Source of the DNA: a virus
Virus record (IMG/VR): IMGVR_UViG_3300020048_000011
Length of the DNA stretch: 64,000 bases
Direction: 5' to 3' (one strand)
Both the position numbers and the translations under genes were made by a program. Of the stretch, positions 30,702 to 40,341 are shown piece by piece. Every line of letters starts with the position of its first letter. The stretch's first letter is position 1. The notes beneath the pieces are model-generated. The model was not told the DNA's origin. It saw nothing but the letters and a program-made list of their open reading frames with translations, and did not search any database.

Positions 30702-31724
30702 ATGAATAATTTGACAAATGACTTTTCCGATGTAAACATCCGTGTATATAGCGCAGGTGGTGCTGGTATCAATGTGATCTCAGAACTGGACGCCATTAGA
30801 TCGGAGCCAGCTCATGGCTTTGCTACTATGCTACCATGCTATATTGATACATCGGCCAGTAATATCCGCAGCAAGAAATTGCCCGAAGATGCTGTGTATA
30901 CATTTGATGGAATGGATGGCTCAGGTAAGGTCAGGAGCACCAACTATGAAGATGTGTCCAAAAATGCAAAGGCTATACTGTTGAAGTACAAGCCAACAGC
31001 ATTTAACATCGTGGTACATAGTGGTTCAGGTGGCAGTGGATCTATCATTGCGCCCATATTGGTGTCTGAGCTTAAAGCTCGTGGCCACCAGGTCATTGTG
31101 TTGTTGATTGGTTCTACTGATACTCGTATAGAAATTGAAAACACCATCAAGACATTGAAGTCCTACGAATCAATAGCTGATAAGCGTAATTCACCGGTAG
31201 TCGTTTACTACGCTGAGAATACACAGCATCAGTCCAGATTCGAAGTAAATAGAATGGTGAAACATGCCATTGGTTTATTGATGGGTTTGTTTTCTGGCCA
31301 AAACTCAGAGTTGGATACTGCAGACTTGAAGAATTGGTTAGAGTACACTAACATCACCAAGACACAGGCTAGATTAGCATCACTCACATTTGCTGTAACT
31401 AAGGAGGAACTCAGCGATGCAGGCACAGTAATTTCTGTAGCTACATTAGCCATGCCAGAAGTAGATACACGTGTAGAACAGACACCTGCATACCAATGCG
31501 TAGGCTATGCACCAGCATGCTGGCGTACTGGTGCACCAAATAGTTTACAGCTACTTGGTGATTCACCAATCCACTTCTGCATTAGTGACGATTTTATTAC
31601 TCGTGCTAACGATAAGCTCACACAGCAGCTACGTGAAGTGGACGATATCTTTAATTCCAGGAATGCGCGTAATAGCATCCTGGATAAAGGTGATGCTCGC
31701 ACTGAACATGGAGTAGTACTATAA
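30702..31724 (+). CDS. phuZ: tubulin/FtsZ-family spindle protein PhuZ
   Basis: SAGGAGIN, GSGKVR and tubulin signature SGSGGSGS; jumbo-phage context. Confidence 0.9.
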   Translation: MNNLTNDFSDVNIRVYSAGGAGINVISELDAIRSEPAHGFATMLPCYIDTSASNIRSKKLPEDAVYTFDGMDGSGKVRSTNYEDVSKNAKAILLKYKPTAFNIVVHSGSGGSGSIIAPILVSELKARGHQVIVLLIGSTDTRIEIENTIKTLKSYESIADKRNSPVVVYYAENTQHQSRFEVNRMVKHAIGLLMGLFSGQNSELDTADLKNWLEYTNITKTQARLASLTFAVTKEELSDAGTVISVATLAMPEVDTRVEQTPAYQCVGYAPACWRTGAPNSLQLLGDSPIHFCISDDFITRANDKLTQQLREVDDIFNSRNARNSILDKGDARTEHGVVL

Positions 31725-31790
31725 ACTGACCATAGTGCCGACCTCACGGTCGGCACTATGGTCTATATGTTTTAATAAAGGAGATACACA

Positions 31791-31991
31791 ATGCCTAGTT
31801 TATTTAAAAAATTTATGAGGTTATTTGAATTACCACCTTTGATTGCAATCAAAGAAAGGGAGTACTATGAAGCCCAAACAGAACTGTTAAAAGCCCAAAC
31901 TGGTTTTGATTACGCTAAAGCCATGGTGATATATAATCAGGCCAGAGTGGACCGTTTAAAGGCAGATATAGGCTCATATAACGGTAAGTAA
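31791..31991 (+). CDS. small coiled-coil hypothetical protein
   Basis: RBS aaggag; 66 aa. Confidence 0.65.
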   Translation: MPSLFKKFMRLFELPPLIAIKEREYYEAQTELLKAQTGFDYAKAMVIYNQARVDRLKADIGSYNGK

Positions 31992-32084
31992 ATTTTGATA
32001 AACCCCTACTATTATCTGTAAGTCCAGTAGTAGGGGATTTATGAATTCACTACTTAATTTTTTAAACAACAAGGTGTATCTAAT

Positions 32085-32780
32085 ATGTCAAGTGTATCTG
32101 ATTTGAAGATAGAAGCTAAGATGCTGATGGATGTGGAGGATATGGGTAGACGGATAGAATACGAGTTTATCGATCATTTACTACCTGCACCAAAAGGTAT
32201 TTATGTAGTGAATAGATTGGAGCCAGTAATGGTAGATGGTGGTGAATATTACACTATCACACTAGATAAGGACAATAATAGAGTCAGGACGTTCATATCG
32301 GATATCACTAAAGTTAAGACAGCCGTATACACTCCAGCAAAGTCTAGCGATAAAGCATCCATTGGTGCAGACAAACAAATCATACCTAAAGCATTCATGC
32401 TTAATAAAAACAAGTATGTTAGTAACCAAACCATACTGCCATACAGAGGTATAAAAATAGTTGAGAAATTAGTTAGTAACCAAATTGACTCGTTTGTCAG
32501 ACACAGTAAAGCTAGAACAACTACACTAGATCTAGTGTACAAACATCTATGTGTGGAGAACCATGAGGAAAATCAGGAAATCGCTAGTCGCATAAATGAA
32601 ATATACGAAGATGTAAGCGATATGGTAAGACAATTTATGGGAATACACGATTGGCATTTGTATTTCGTAAAACTGAATGATACCAAATTGACTATAGAGA
32701 AATCTATAGATTATCGCGCCTATCAATGGATATGTCATGTACAAGAACAGAAGGATATAAAAAATGGGTTATACGAATGA
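32085..32780 (+). CDS. conserved phiKZ-like hypothetical protein
   Basis: 231-aa ORF following phuZ; RBS aaggt. Confidence 0.6.
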   Translation: MSSVSDLKIEAKMLMDVEDMGRRIEYEFIDHLLPAPKGIYVVNRLEPVMVDGGEYYTITLDKDNNRVRTFISDITKVKTAVYTPAKSSDKASIGADKQIIPKAFMLNKNKYVSNQTILPYRGIKIVEKLVSNQIDSFVRHSKARTTTLDLVYKHLCVENHEENQEIASRINEIYEDVSDMVRQFMGIHDWHLYFVKLNDTKLTIEKSIDYRAYQWICHVQEQKDIKNGLYE

Positions 32781-33189
32781 TGATTTGGTTACTATAAAAG
32801 TTGGTAAGACCTTTACATATATTTTCAATGTAGAAGATGCATTGAGGCTTATAGAAATTGGTTTCAGAGGTGTTAAGGATAAACGAATCTATGCAGAAAT
32901 ACTTTGCAATTTAGTTGGTGTTTTATTAGACCCGTATTCAGATGCTAAAGCCTATGTTGACACAGTCTCTGTTGTGTGTAATAAACTTAATAATGATACT
33001 AACACAGGTGTTTATTATAGGGAAGAATATGTGAGAGACACATGTGAAATAATCTATACACATATATCAGACAAGATAACTAGCTTCTTACCTGAGTTAG
33101 GTGATGAAAGGTACTATACAAATTATAGTTACAAGATGGTAAAGACAACACATATCCTTATAAGCGTGGATAAAAACAGGTACATTTAA
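32764..33189 (+). CDS. hypothetical protein (tandem array member 1)
   Basis: Overlapping, operon-like ORF. Confidence 0.6.
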   Translation: MGYTNDDLVTIKVGKTFTYIFNVEDALRLIEIGFRGVKDKRIYAEILCNLVGVLLDPYSDAKAYVDTVSVVCNKLNNDTNTGVYYREEYVRDTCEIIYTHISDKITSFLPELGDERYYTNYSYKMVKTTHILISVDKNRYI

Positions 33190-33191
33190 TC

Positions 33192-33590
33192 ATGGCTAAT
33201 CAAAAGGCAATCATTATTAATTACGATGAAGTGACAATTATGTTACATGAGAGATTTGGCATAAGTAGAGCTTTCATAAATAAAGACATACGCAATGTAT
33301 TAACATCTATACTGGCATCATATATATGCACAGGTATGTATGATAGCTTATATGTTAGAGATGTGTTATCTAAATTATGTAAACGTAATATGAGTGATGA
33401 GGAGTTTATCCGTTTGATATATGATATCAACGAAGTTATACTGCGGATAACCTCCACCTATCTGCCTGGTTTCAGACCATATAGCAAATGGCATACATTA
33501 CCGAATGAGTGCATTAAGTTCAGTAATGAATCCAGTGCAGTTATTATCTTCACAGAGAGCCAGTTTAACGAATACACTAGGATGGCTTAA
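33192..33590 (+). CDS. hypothetical protein (array member 2)
   Basis: Abutting ORF. Confidence 0.6.
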   Translation: MANQKAIIINYDEVTIMLHERFGISRAFINKDIRNVLTSILASYICTGMYDSLYVRDVLSKLCKRNMSDEEFIRLIYDINEVILRITSTYLPGFRPYSKWHTLPNECIKFSNESSAVIIFTESQFNEYTRMA

Positions 33591-34043
33591 ATGAAAATCC
33601 TTTTTGTATTTGATAAGATGTATCATTACAGTAAAGTACTCATGGAGGTGTACCCACACCTCCATATGGTATTACCTGATGGAATCCACAACATAATTGA
33701 TTCCTTAATGTCTTCGTACACATGTATCGGTGACCACCCTGCACCGCACAATGTAAGTACATTTATGGATGATGTCATGACAGTGATCGATTACTGTGTT
33801 AATTCTGACGAAAGTGGAGGTATAATAAATGCTACTACTGCTGATCTATGTATACTAGATTTGGCTAATAAACAGCTACACTCTGTTCCGTTCTATTCTT
33901 TTTTAATAGGGATGTATAACTATGTGGATAGCATTTTTCTCAACATACTCGGCACCAATGACTTTATCGTGGATACATTCAAGTATACAGACAGACTAGG
34001 TCAACTAATTATTGATGTGAGGTTCAATGGGCAATCAACCTAA
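33591..34043 (+). CDS. hypothetical protein (array member 3)
   Basis: Abutting ORF. Confidence 0.6.
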   Translation: MKILFVFDKMYHYSKVLMEVYPHLHMVLPDGIHNIIDSLMSSYTCIGDHPAPHNVSTFMDDVMTVIDYCVNSDESGGIINATTADLCILDLANKQLHSVPFYSFLIGMYNYVDSIFLNILGTNDFIVDTFKYTDRLGQLIIDVRFNGQST

Positions 34044-34416
34044 TATGCTTATAGTAAACTTTAGTGACATAAATAACATAACCAACTTGCTGGAAAACCC
34101 TAATGGTTTTCCGACAATAGACATAGACGCTCTATTATCTGTAGTCATAGAGATGTTTATGTTAAACAGTAATCTAGACACAGATAGAGCAGTAGACTAT
34201 TTATTGAAGAGCGAGATCGTAAGTGGTAGATATGAGCTAGAAGGCGAGGACTATTTTAGACTGGACTCATTATTGAGTATGTTAGTGTCATCTGTAAAAA
34301 ATAAAATAAATGAACTAGGCCTATATGAGGCTCATCAGGCAGCATACGAGTATCATAGTAGAAGGAAAAACGATGTCGTATTACTCAGAAAATGCAAGCA
34401 GTATACATATGCCTAA
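34027..34416 (+). CDS. hypothetical protein (array member 4)
   Basis: Overlapping ORF; RBS gagg. Confidence 0.6.
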   Translation: MGNQPNMLIVNFSDINNITNLLENPNGFPTIDIDALLSVVIEMFMLNSNLDTDRAVDYLLKSEIVSGRYELEGEDYFRLDSLLSMLVSSVKNKINELGLYEAHQAAYEYHSRRKNDVVLLRKCKQYTYA

Positions 34417-34852
34417 AGTGATACTTATGGGCATAGAGGGATTAAATGAAGGAGTGCTTCAGTTACAATATGAAACTGGGTTGTATCTGGATGGAGACGA
34501 ATCGTTAGCCACTATCACCAGATGCATTCAGAAAGAAGATATTGCTAGAAGCGAAATCGAATACTATTGTTTAGATATGGTTAATAGATACTGTAATGGC
34601 ACTATGTATATCGGGTTGGATATATTGCTGAAATTCCTTATTGCATTTGGCACAGAGCTGTTTTATCGCGTAAGGGAAGCTGGGTTTTATTCAAATGGGG
34701 TATTCCCATACACGTACGATTACAGACGGTTTGATTCCATTAGATTCCTTAGGAGCGATATATACATCGATGAAATTAAAAGGGAGTTAGCAGATGAAGG
34801 ATTGTATACGTGGCCCAGACTACCTGGTCTTAAAAACAGGGGATATATATAG
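34409..34852 (+). CDS. hypothetical protein (array member 5)
   Basis: ATG overlaps the previous stop region. Confidence 0.6.
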   Translation: MPKVILMGIEGLNEGVLQLQYETGLYLDGDESLATITRCIQKEDIARSEIEYYCLDMVNRYCNGTMYIGLDILLKFLIAFGTELFYRVREAGFYSNGVFPYTYDYRRFDSIRFLRSDIYIDEIKRELADEGLYTWPRLPGLKNRGYI

Positions 34853-35177
34853 GAAATTCTATAGCTCCGTTTGCGACATTCTAAAGAATAGATTAGATGT
34901 AGTGGAACTATTCAATCAAGCCATAGATGTAGTGACTAATGTAAATGGTCATACCGATATTGATTTCGTCAACTTCGATATGCTTAGGGCATGCAATTTA
35001 TCAGTTGATGAGACAACATGTATCACAAATGCATTCAATATAACATGTGATGAGTTAAGAGGAGTGTTACGTGAACTGAACATGGACACTGTAATTGATA
35101 TGACTACGTCACACGAAATTTACCCCTACTATTTCCATAAGCTCGTGAATGGTAGAGTGATCCTTAAACATTTTTAG
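34794..35177 (+). CDS. hypothetical protein (array member 6)
   Basis: RBS gggag; overlaps the previous gene. Confidence 0.55.
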   Translation: MKDCIRGPDYLVLKTGDIYRKFYSSVCDILKNRLDVVELFNQAIDVVTNVNGHTDIDFVNFDMLRACNLSVDETTCITNAFNITCDELRGVLRELNMDTVIDMTTSHEIYPYYFHKLVNGRVILKHF

Positions 35178-35188
35178 AAGAAACAGAT

Positions 35189-35584
35189 ATGTACTACCCA
35201 CTTGAAATTAAACAAAGCTATAACTTCTTGTTCAAGGCTACTGGCATACTTGGATTAGGATATAATAATGCTACAGTCATGGCTGTAATGGATTATGACT
35301 CTGCTAAGCTTGTTAATGATGTCACCGCTATACATGCACAGGTCTATCCTGAGCTATCAGTAGGTACGTCCAGAAACGCTGCTGACCTAGCATATGTGAA
35401 AGTAAAGATATCTACAGGGCAAATAAGGGTGTTTGCTATGGACTGGCTAGCTGGCGCACCTGTAGTAAATACAGCACGAACTATCCGTGTAGATATCGAA
35501 AATGTAGCTATCAGTAATCTGCCATTACTTAGTGACATACTTGTGCAAAGTGGTTATTCTAAATTCACTATCACTGTGTTATAA
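35189..35584 (+). CDS. conserved phiKZ-like protein
   Basis: 131-aa ORF upstream of the DNA polymerase region; assignment by recollection. Confidence 0.6.
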   Translation: MYYPLEIKQSYNFLFKATGILGLGYNNATVMAVMDYDSAKLVNDVTAIHAQVYPELSVGTSRNAADLAYVKVKISTGQIRVFAMDWLAGAPVVNTARTIRVDIENVAISNLPLLSDILVQSGYSKFTITVL

Positions 35585-35853
35585 AAATATATAAGTGAAT
35601 GTACATATTGTGAGGAAGTATTCTTTTTGGTTGAGAGTGCTTTTTCGCCCATGAGTATTTAAAATAAGACATATCAAAACTAAAATAATTTTGAACTCTG
35701 CTGACGTAGATATTTTCTCCTTTTGACTACATTAGCACACTTAAGTTATTTTTGGTGTTTCTGTTATTGAGTATTCGTGGTTATTGTTGTGATGATAATC
35801 TCCAAGAACGCATATACCGTATGGACTTCAAACGTCCATACGGTTTTATGCTG

Positions 35854-35922
35854 TAAAATTTGATCCCAGATTTTTTCAGTCACATATGACAAAGTTGAAT
35901 AGGTATAAAGACCTACTTATTC
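35854..35922 (+). promoter_or_regulatory. early promoter module with 5' stem-loop
   Basis: AAAATTTGATCCCAGATTTTTTCAGTCACATAT. The following 29 nt differ from 26111-26139 at only 2 positions. Confidence 0.7.
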
Positions 35923-35958
35923 ACGGTATTATTTAACTTTAACTTTAGGAGATTTATC

Positions 35959-36342
35959 ATGAACGCAGCCCATACCACATTCCTCGACGCATTCACAGCA
36001 ATCAGCAACGAGGTTACGTTCAACATTGAATGGAATAACGGTACCGGTTATTTCGACTTCGCTTGTCATGACAAAGGCATCGCCTTTGACGACAATGGTG
36101 CAGCCAAGGCAGTCAGCAATGACGGTCGCAAGCTTATCATCGTCCGTTTGCCAAACGGAAAGAATGTCGTAGTTTTCGAAAGATACTGCGATGGCGATCG
36201 GATCACACATAACCCCCCAAGGGGGCTTGATAGTGTTACAGGTCTTGTACAAGGCTCACTTGATGAGTATGACATCGTCCAACTGCTTGGCAACAAGTAC
36301 ACCGATAACATCGGTGTGAAGTTGGCAGCAATGATGGGCTAA
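35959..36342 (+). CDS. early phage hypothetical protein
   Basis: RBS aggag; W.NGTGYFD...GR.....VVVFERY motif; own promoter and terminator. Confidence 0.75.
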   Translation: MNAAHTTFLDAFTAISNEVTFNIEWNNGTGYFDFACHDKGIAFDDNGAAKAVSNDGRKLIIVRLPNGKNVVVFERYCDGDRITHNPPRGLDSVTGLVQGSLDEYDIVQLLGNKYTDNIGVKLAAMMG

Positions 36343-36422
36343 ATGCCCATCTATAAAAACAACCCGATGGCGGGCAATGTTTTTTTTGTTAAAATTTGAT
36401 CCCAGATAATTTCAGTCCTATA

Positions 36423-36627
36423 TAACTTGATTGAGTAGAGTTAAATCTGCTCAATCAAGTTAGTAAGTATATAGAGTAAGTCAATTATAGAGAGTGGGGA
36501 GTAAGCGACCTCCCATGCTAATTAGGCAAAATCAAACAGAGTCATTTAAGTAGATGCAGTTTTACTTAAAATGATGATGGCTTTGACGAATGGTAGCGAT
36601 TCGTCTAGGGGTGTAATATTACACCCC
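36423..36627 (+). ncRNA. putative structured RNA or leader upstream of the DNA polymerase gene
   Basis: Follows the promoter module at 36391-36424. Five hairpins, including a 17-bp stem (36423-36462) and a perfect 20-bp palindrome (36608-36627). Confidence 0.4.
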
Positions 36628-36708
36628 GAAGAAAAATAAGTAGCAATACTTATTTTTTGGTTAAAAAGATAAACTGCAGACATGAGATGTATCTTAAAAG
36701 GAGATCCA

Positions 36709-38850
36709 ATGTCAAACATATTCATAAATCCGTTTGTTAAAAACAGAGATGAGTATAGTCGTAATATAAATGTACTCAACCAATACGTACACGACTGTGC
36801 CAATTTCTTACACATCAGTACAGGTAAACCAATCAGCGAGTGTCGTTCATTCGTAACCAACTCCATGAAGCCCAATGGTACCTTTCCAGTTAAAGACCCA
36901 GCAGTAGAATGTCTGGTGAGAAAAGATAATGGGGATAGAGAAAGAACTAACACAACACTATCGACATATATAAGCGATGCAGTGAAAGATAAAGAGCTCA
37001 TAGCACCCACACTGACCACATATGTGCATCCGTCAAAACAGATGTCTCTATTAGCTACTTATATTGATGGTAACGTAAAAGCCCGTAGTGTAGCTAAGAA
37101 AGCTATGTTCGCAGCAGAAGCAGCAGGCGATAATATATTGGCCAGTATAAAGAAGATTGAACAGACTAATAAGAAACTAGCCAACAACTCAATATCAGGC
37201 GCACATGTATCACCAAGTAACCCGTTATATAACCCAACAGCACATTCTACACTGACTAGCAACTGTAGGAGCACTTCTGGCTATGGTAATGCTAATAACG
37301 AGAAACTCCTTAGTGGAAATAGACATTATTGGAGTTACGACATAACACTTAATAACATAGTGTCAATAATAACACATACTGATTATGCTAAATTGAATGA
37401 AGTAGTAAGCAAATATAATCTACATCTACCTAGTGTGAAGGAGACTATGGAGTGTATCACTTATTCCACAAAACTATACTGGTGGGATGTTAGTTTCACT
37501 AAGAGGCTAGAGGATTTTGTACCTAAGCTTACGCCTGTACAAAGAGCAGCATTTGTGTACACAGGTGACCTCTATCATCTAAAGAAACATAACAATGAGT
37601 TGATACGCACATTTATAGGTAAGTTATCCAGTAAAATATTGTCTACTATAAATGACCCAGCTATTATAATCAAATATGCAGATGAAGCCCATCTTAATCT
37701 AGCGCACCAGATATGCGCTAAAGAAACTATGGGTATCGGTAAGAAATATACTGATATAATGAACACACCAGCTTTCACCACACTAGCCGCCACCGTGGAA
37801 AACATAGAGCGTGTCATAACAGAATACTCCGATCTCATAAAGGTGTTCTTTGTGACTAACAATGTACCAGCTAGTATGGGTTATTTCCCAGAGAGCATTA
37901 GAAGATGTGCACTAACAGGAGATACTGACTCTACGATCTTTACTGTGCAGGATTGGGTTACTTGGTATTGCGGTAAGATCACGTTCGATGATACAGGGAT
38001 GTCAGTAGCCGCCACTATGATTTTTTTGGCTTCTGCCACCATATCGCACATACTAGCTATCATGTCCGCTAACTTCGGTGTAGTGAAGGAAAGAATCCAC
38101 CAGATCGAAATGAAGAATGAATACAAGTTTGATGTGTTTGTACCCACACAGTTGGGTAAACATTACTTTGCTACTATAGGTTGTCAAGAGGGCAATGTGT
38201 TTGCTAAACGAAAGATGGAGATTAAGGGTGTGTACCTGAAGTCATCCAATGCACCTAAAGTCATAAACGAGAAAGCAGTCGAGATGATGAAGGGTATAAT
38301 GGATACAGTGATGGCTGGTAACAAGATATCTGCTGTTAAGTACCTAAAGTATGTAGCAGATATAGAGAGGAGTATTATGGACTCTATTAGGCGAGGCGAA
38401 TTCACATATCTAAGAACTGGAACAATAAAGGATGTTAGTAGTTATGTAGGTGATGAAACTAATTCACCATATCAAAATCATTTATTTTGGCAGAGCGTAT
38501 TTGCGCCTATCTATGGTTACATGGATAATCCACCATATGACACAATGAAGGTATCTGTTGTTACAGACTCATCTGTGAAACTAAGAAAATGGATAGCTAC
38601 TATACCTGATAGAGAATTTGCAGATAGGCTAAGTACTTATATGGCAAATAACAATAAGACCAGTATGACTACTCTTAACATCCCGGCACAAATACTAACT
38701 AGTGTGGGTATGCCTAAAGAAGTAGTGGATATCATAGATTATAGAAAGATCATAATGGATATCACAAAGATATTCTATATACTTTTGGAAACAATTGGAA
38801 TATACATGTCTGACGACAAACTAAAACGCATGGCAAGCGACTACTATTAA
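36709..38850 (+). CDS. family B-like DNA polymerase catalytic subunit (phiKZ gp50-like)
   Basis: K...NSISGA, TGDTDS and K.HYF motifs; RBS aggag. Confidence 0.85.
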   Translation: MSNIFINPFVKNRDEYSRNINVLNQYVHDCANFLHISTGKPISECRSFVTNSMKPNGTFPVKDPAVECLVRKDNGDRERTNTTLSTYISDAVKDKELIAPTLTTYVHPSKQMSLLATYIDGNVKARSVAKKAMFAAEAAGDNILASIKKIEQTNKKLANNSISGAHVSPSNPLYNPTAHSTLTSNCRSTSGYGNANNEKLLSGNRHYWSYDITLNNIVSIITHTDYAKLNEVVSKYNLHLPSVKETMECITYSTKLYWWDVSFTKRLEDFVPKLTPVQRAAFVYTGDLYHLKKHNNELIRTFIGKLSSKILSTINDPAIIIKYADEAHLNLAHQICAKETMGIGKKYTDIMNTPAFTTLAATVENIERVITEYSDLIKVFFVTNNVPASMGYFPESIRRCALTGDTDSTIFTVQDWVTWYCGKITFDDTGMSVAATMIFLASATISHILAIMSANFGVVKERIHQIEMKNEYKFDVFVPTQLGKHYFATIGCQEGNVFAKRKMEIKGVYLKSSNAPKVINEKAVEMMKGIMDTVMAGNKISAVKYLKYVADIERSIMDSIRRGEFTYLRTGTIKDVSSYVGDETNSPYQNHLFWQSVFAPIYGYMDNPPYDTMKVSVVTDSSVKLRKWIATIPDREFADRLSTYMANNNKTSMTTLNIPAQILTSVGMPKEVVDIIDYRKIIMDITKIFYILLETIGIYMSDDKLKRMASDYY

Positions 38851-38904
38851 GGTAGGACATAGTACACAATGTGGCATCTAAATGCGCACATTGTGTACTA
38901 TTTG

Positions 38905-40008
38905 CTAAAATGTGTTTCTGTCTAATGCATCTAAGATATTATCTACATACCCATGGAATTCAAAGTAATAGTTATCAGGTAGCGATGATTGTAATACATA
39001 GTACACGCTACTCGATCTGAATGCTCTTAATATTTGACTTATGTATGCACCATTCCTATTGGTTAGATTCTCCCTACATATATCAAACAGGAAACTTACT
39101 ATCCTTATTCTGGACATCACCATTGCCCAAGACACTTGCATGGTAGGTGCCAAGTCAGGCACTAGCAGTGATTTGTATATATCATCATTATAGAATGAAG
39201 GTATTTGTTTCAATGCTACATCAAATCTCTTACTGCATCTATCTATATTACCCAATACCTTATCTATGACTATGTCTATATGAGGTGTGTAGTTAGATAA
39301 TGTAAATGAATGCCCTATAAATGGTGGCCGTTTATTCTCGTACTTGTAGAACTTATTATGGATTCTATTAAATAGACATATATCCATTTGTGCAGGTAGC
39401 ATATTAGGTACCACATACCCACCTATGAACTGTGCTATGGTCTTTGGCACTGATCCTTCAGGTAGATGTCTTTGTGCCATACAGAAAGCCCTGTACTGTA
39501 CAGCTAGCATAGTCACATTTATTAATATAACAGATAATCCAGACTCGCCTGTGTACGATGATTCATATGGTAATCTAATGTCCATATCTGATTTAGGATG
39601 CAATAGTGGTTTTACTGCAGCCACGTTTCTCCAATCACGATGTGCTTCTTCAAAGTCAAAGTAATCATCACACGCTATTAGTATCTCTAGGCTATTCTCG
39701 CCATAAAAGATGCCTTTATGGAAAGCGCCCTTATATATAACAGATGTCATCTTAAGTGACATCGATACATTTAATGCAATACTGTCTACTAATGTGAAAT
39801 AGCGTTCTAGTTCTAATGATTTTGGTGTTGTTATGGAGTGGAGTAATCTAATAAGGAAATGGTTATTCTTAACTCCCCTTGGGAATGTTCTATGGTAATC
39901 CATTACCTTTTTGATATTTCTCTGAAAACCACTTTTAATAAATGGCCACTCTGGAGGCTTCACCGCACCTACATTTATATCTGGTGGATTTACAAAAAGC
40001 TCAAACAT
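38905..40008 (-). CDS. conserved phiKZ-like hypothetical protein
   Basis: 367-aa minus-strand gene between the DNA polymerase and shell genes, as in phiKZ-like phages. Confidence 0.6.
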   Translation of the reverse strand: MFELFVNPPDINVGAVKPPEWPFIKSGFQRNIKKVMDYHRTFPRGVKNNHFLIRLLHSITTPKSLELERYFTLVDSIALNVSMSLKMTSVIYKGAFHKGIFYGENSLEILIACDDYFDFEEAHRDWRNVAAVKPLLHPKSDMDIRLPYESSYTGESGLSVILINVTMLAVQYRAFCMAQRHLPEGSVPKTIAQFIGGYVVPNMLPAQMDICLFNRIHNKFYKYENKRPPFIGHSFTLSNYTPHIDIVIDKVLGNIDRCSKRFDVALKQIPSFYNDDIYKSLLVPDLAPTMQVSWAMVMSRIRIVSFLFDICRENLTNRNGAYISQILRAFRSSSVYYVLQSSLPDNYYFEFHGYVDNILDALDRNTF

Positions 40009-40341
40009 ATGTGTTGCCTATGTGTGGATTGGGGGTATATTCTTTACACAACATTGAATGTGGTTGCGTTTTGTAAAAATTTATCAGCGGAAGTATATAT
40101 TGTAGAGAGTGATTTAAATGTTGTTCTCTACGACTAGGGGCCGTAATTGGTCCCTGGTCGTCAACCCAACTCCAGTGGAACTTTGTTGTATGGTTAAAAA
40201 ATATAATCATCCATCATGTTTTGCACGAGTACGTAATCGTGGCGATCTTTGATCCTAAACAAATATGGCCATATATTACTAATATGGATGTGATGTTAAT
40301 TACATCTAAGTTTGCAAACTTTTCATCAAAAGGAAATCGAA

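Noticed and set aside
35585-35853. AT-rich intergenic stretch with hairpin CCGTATGGAC...GTCCATACGG
   Set aside because: It is adequately explained as a terminator plus spacer before a promoter cassette. No convincing ORF or repeat structure.
23845-38850. Inteins or introns in terL or the DNA polymerase
   Set aside because: Both ORFs are continuous, of expected size, and show no intein or intron motifs.
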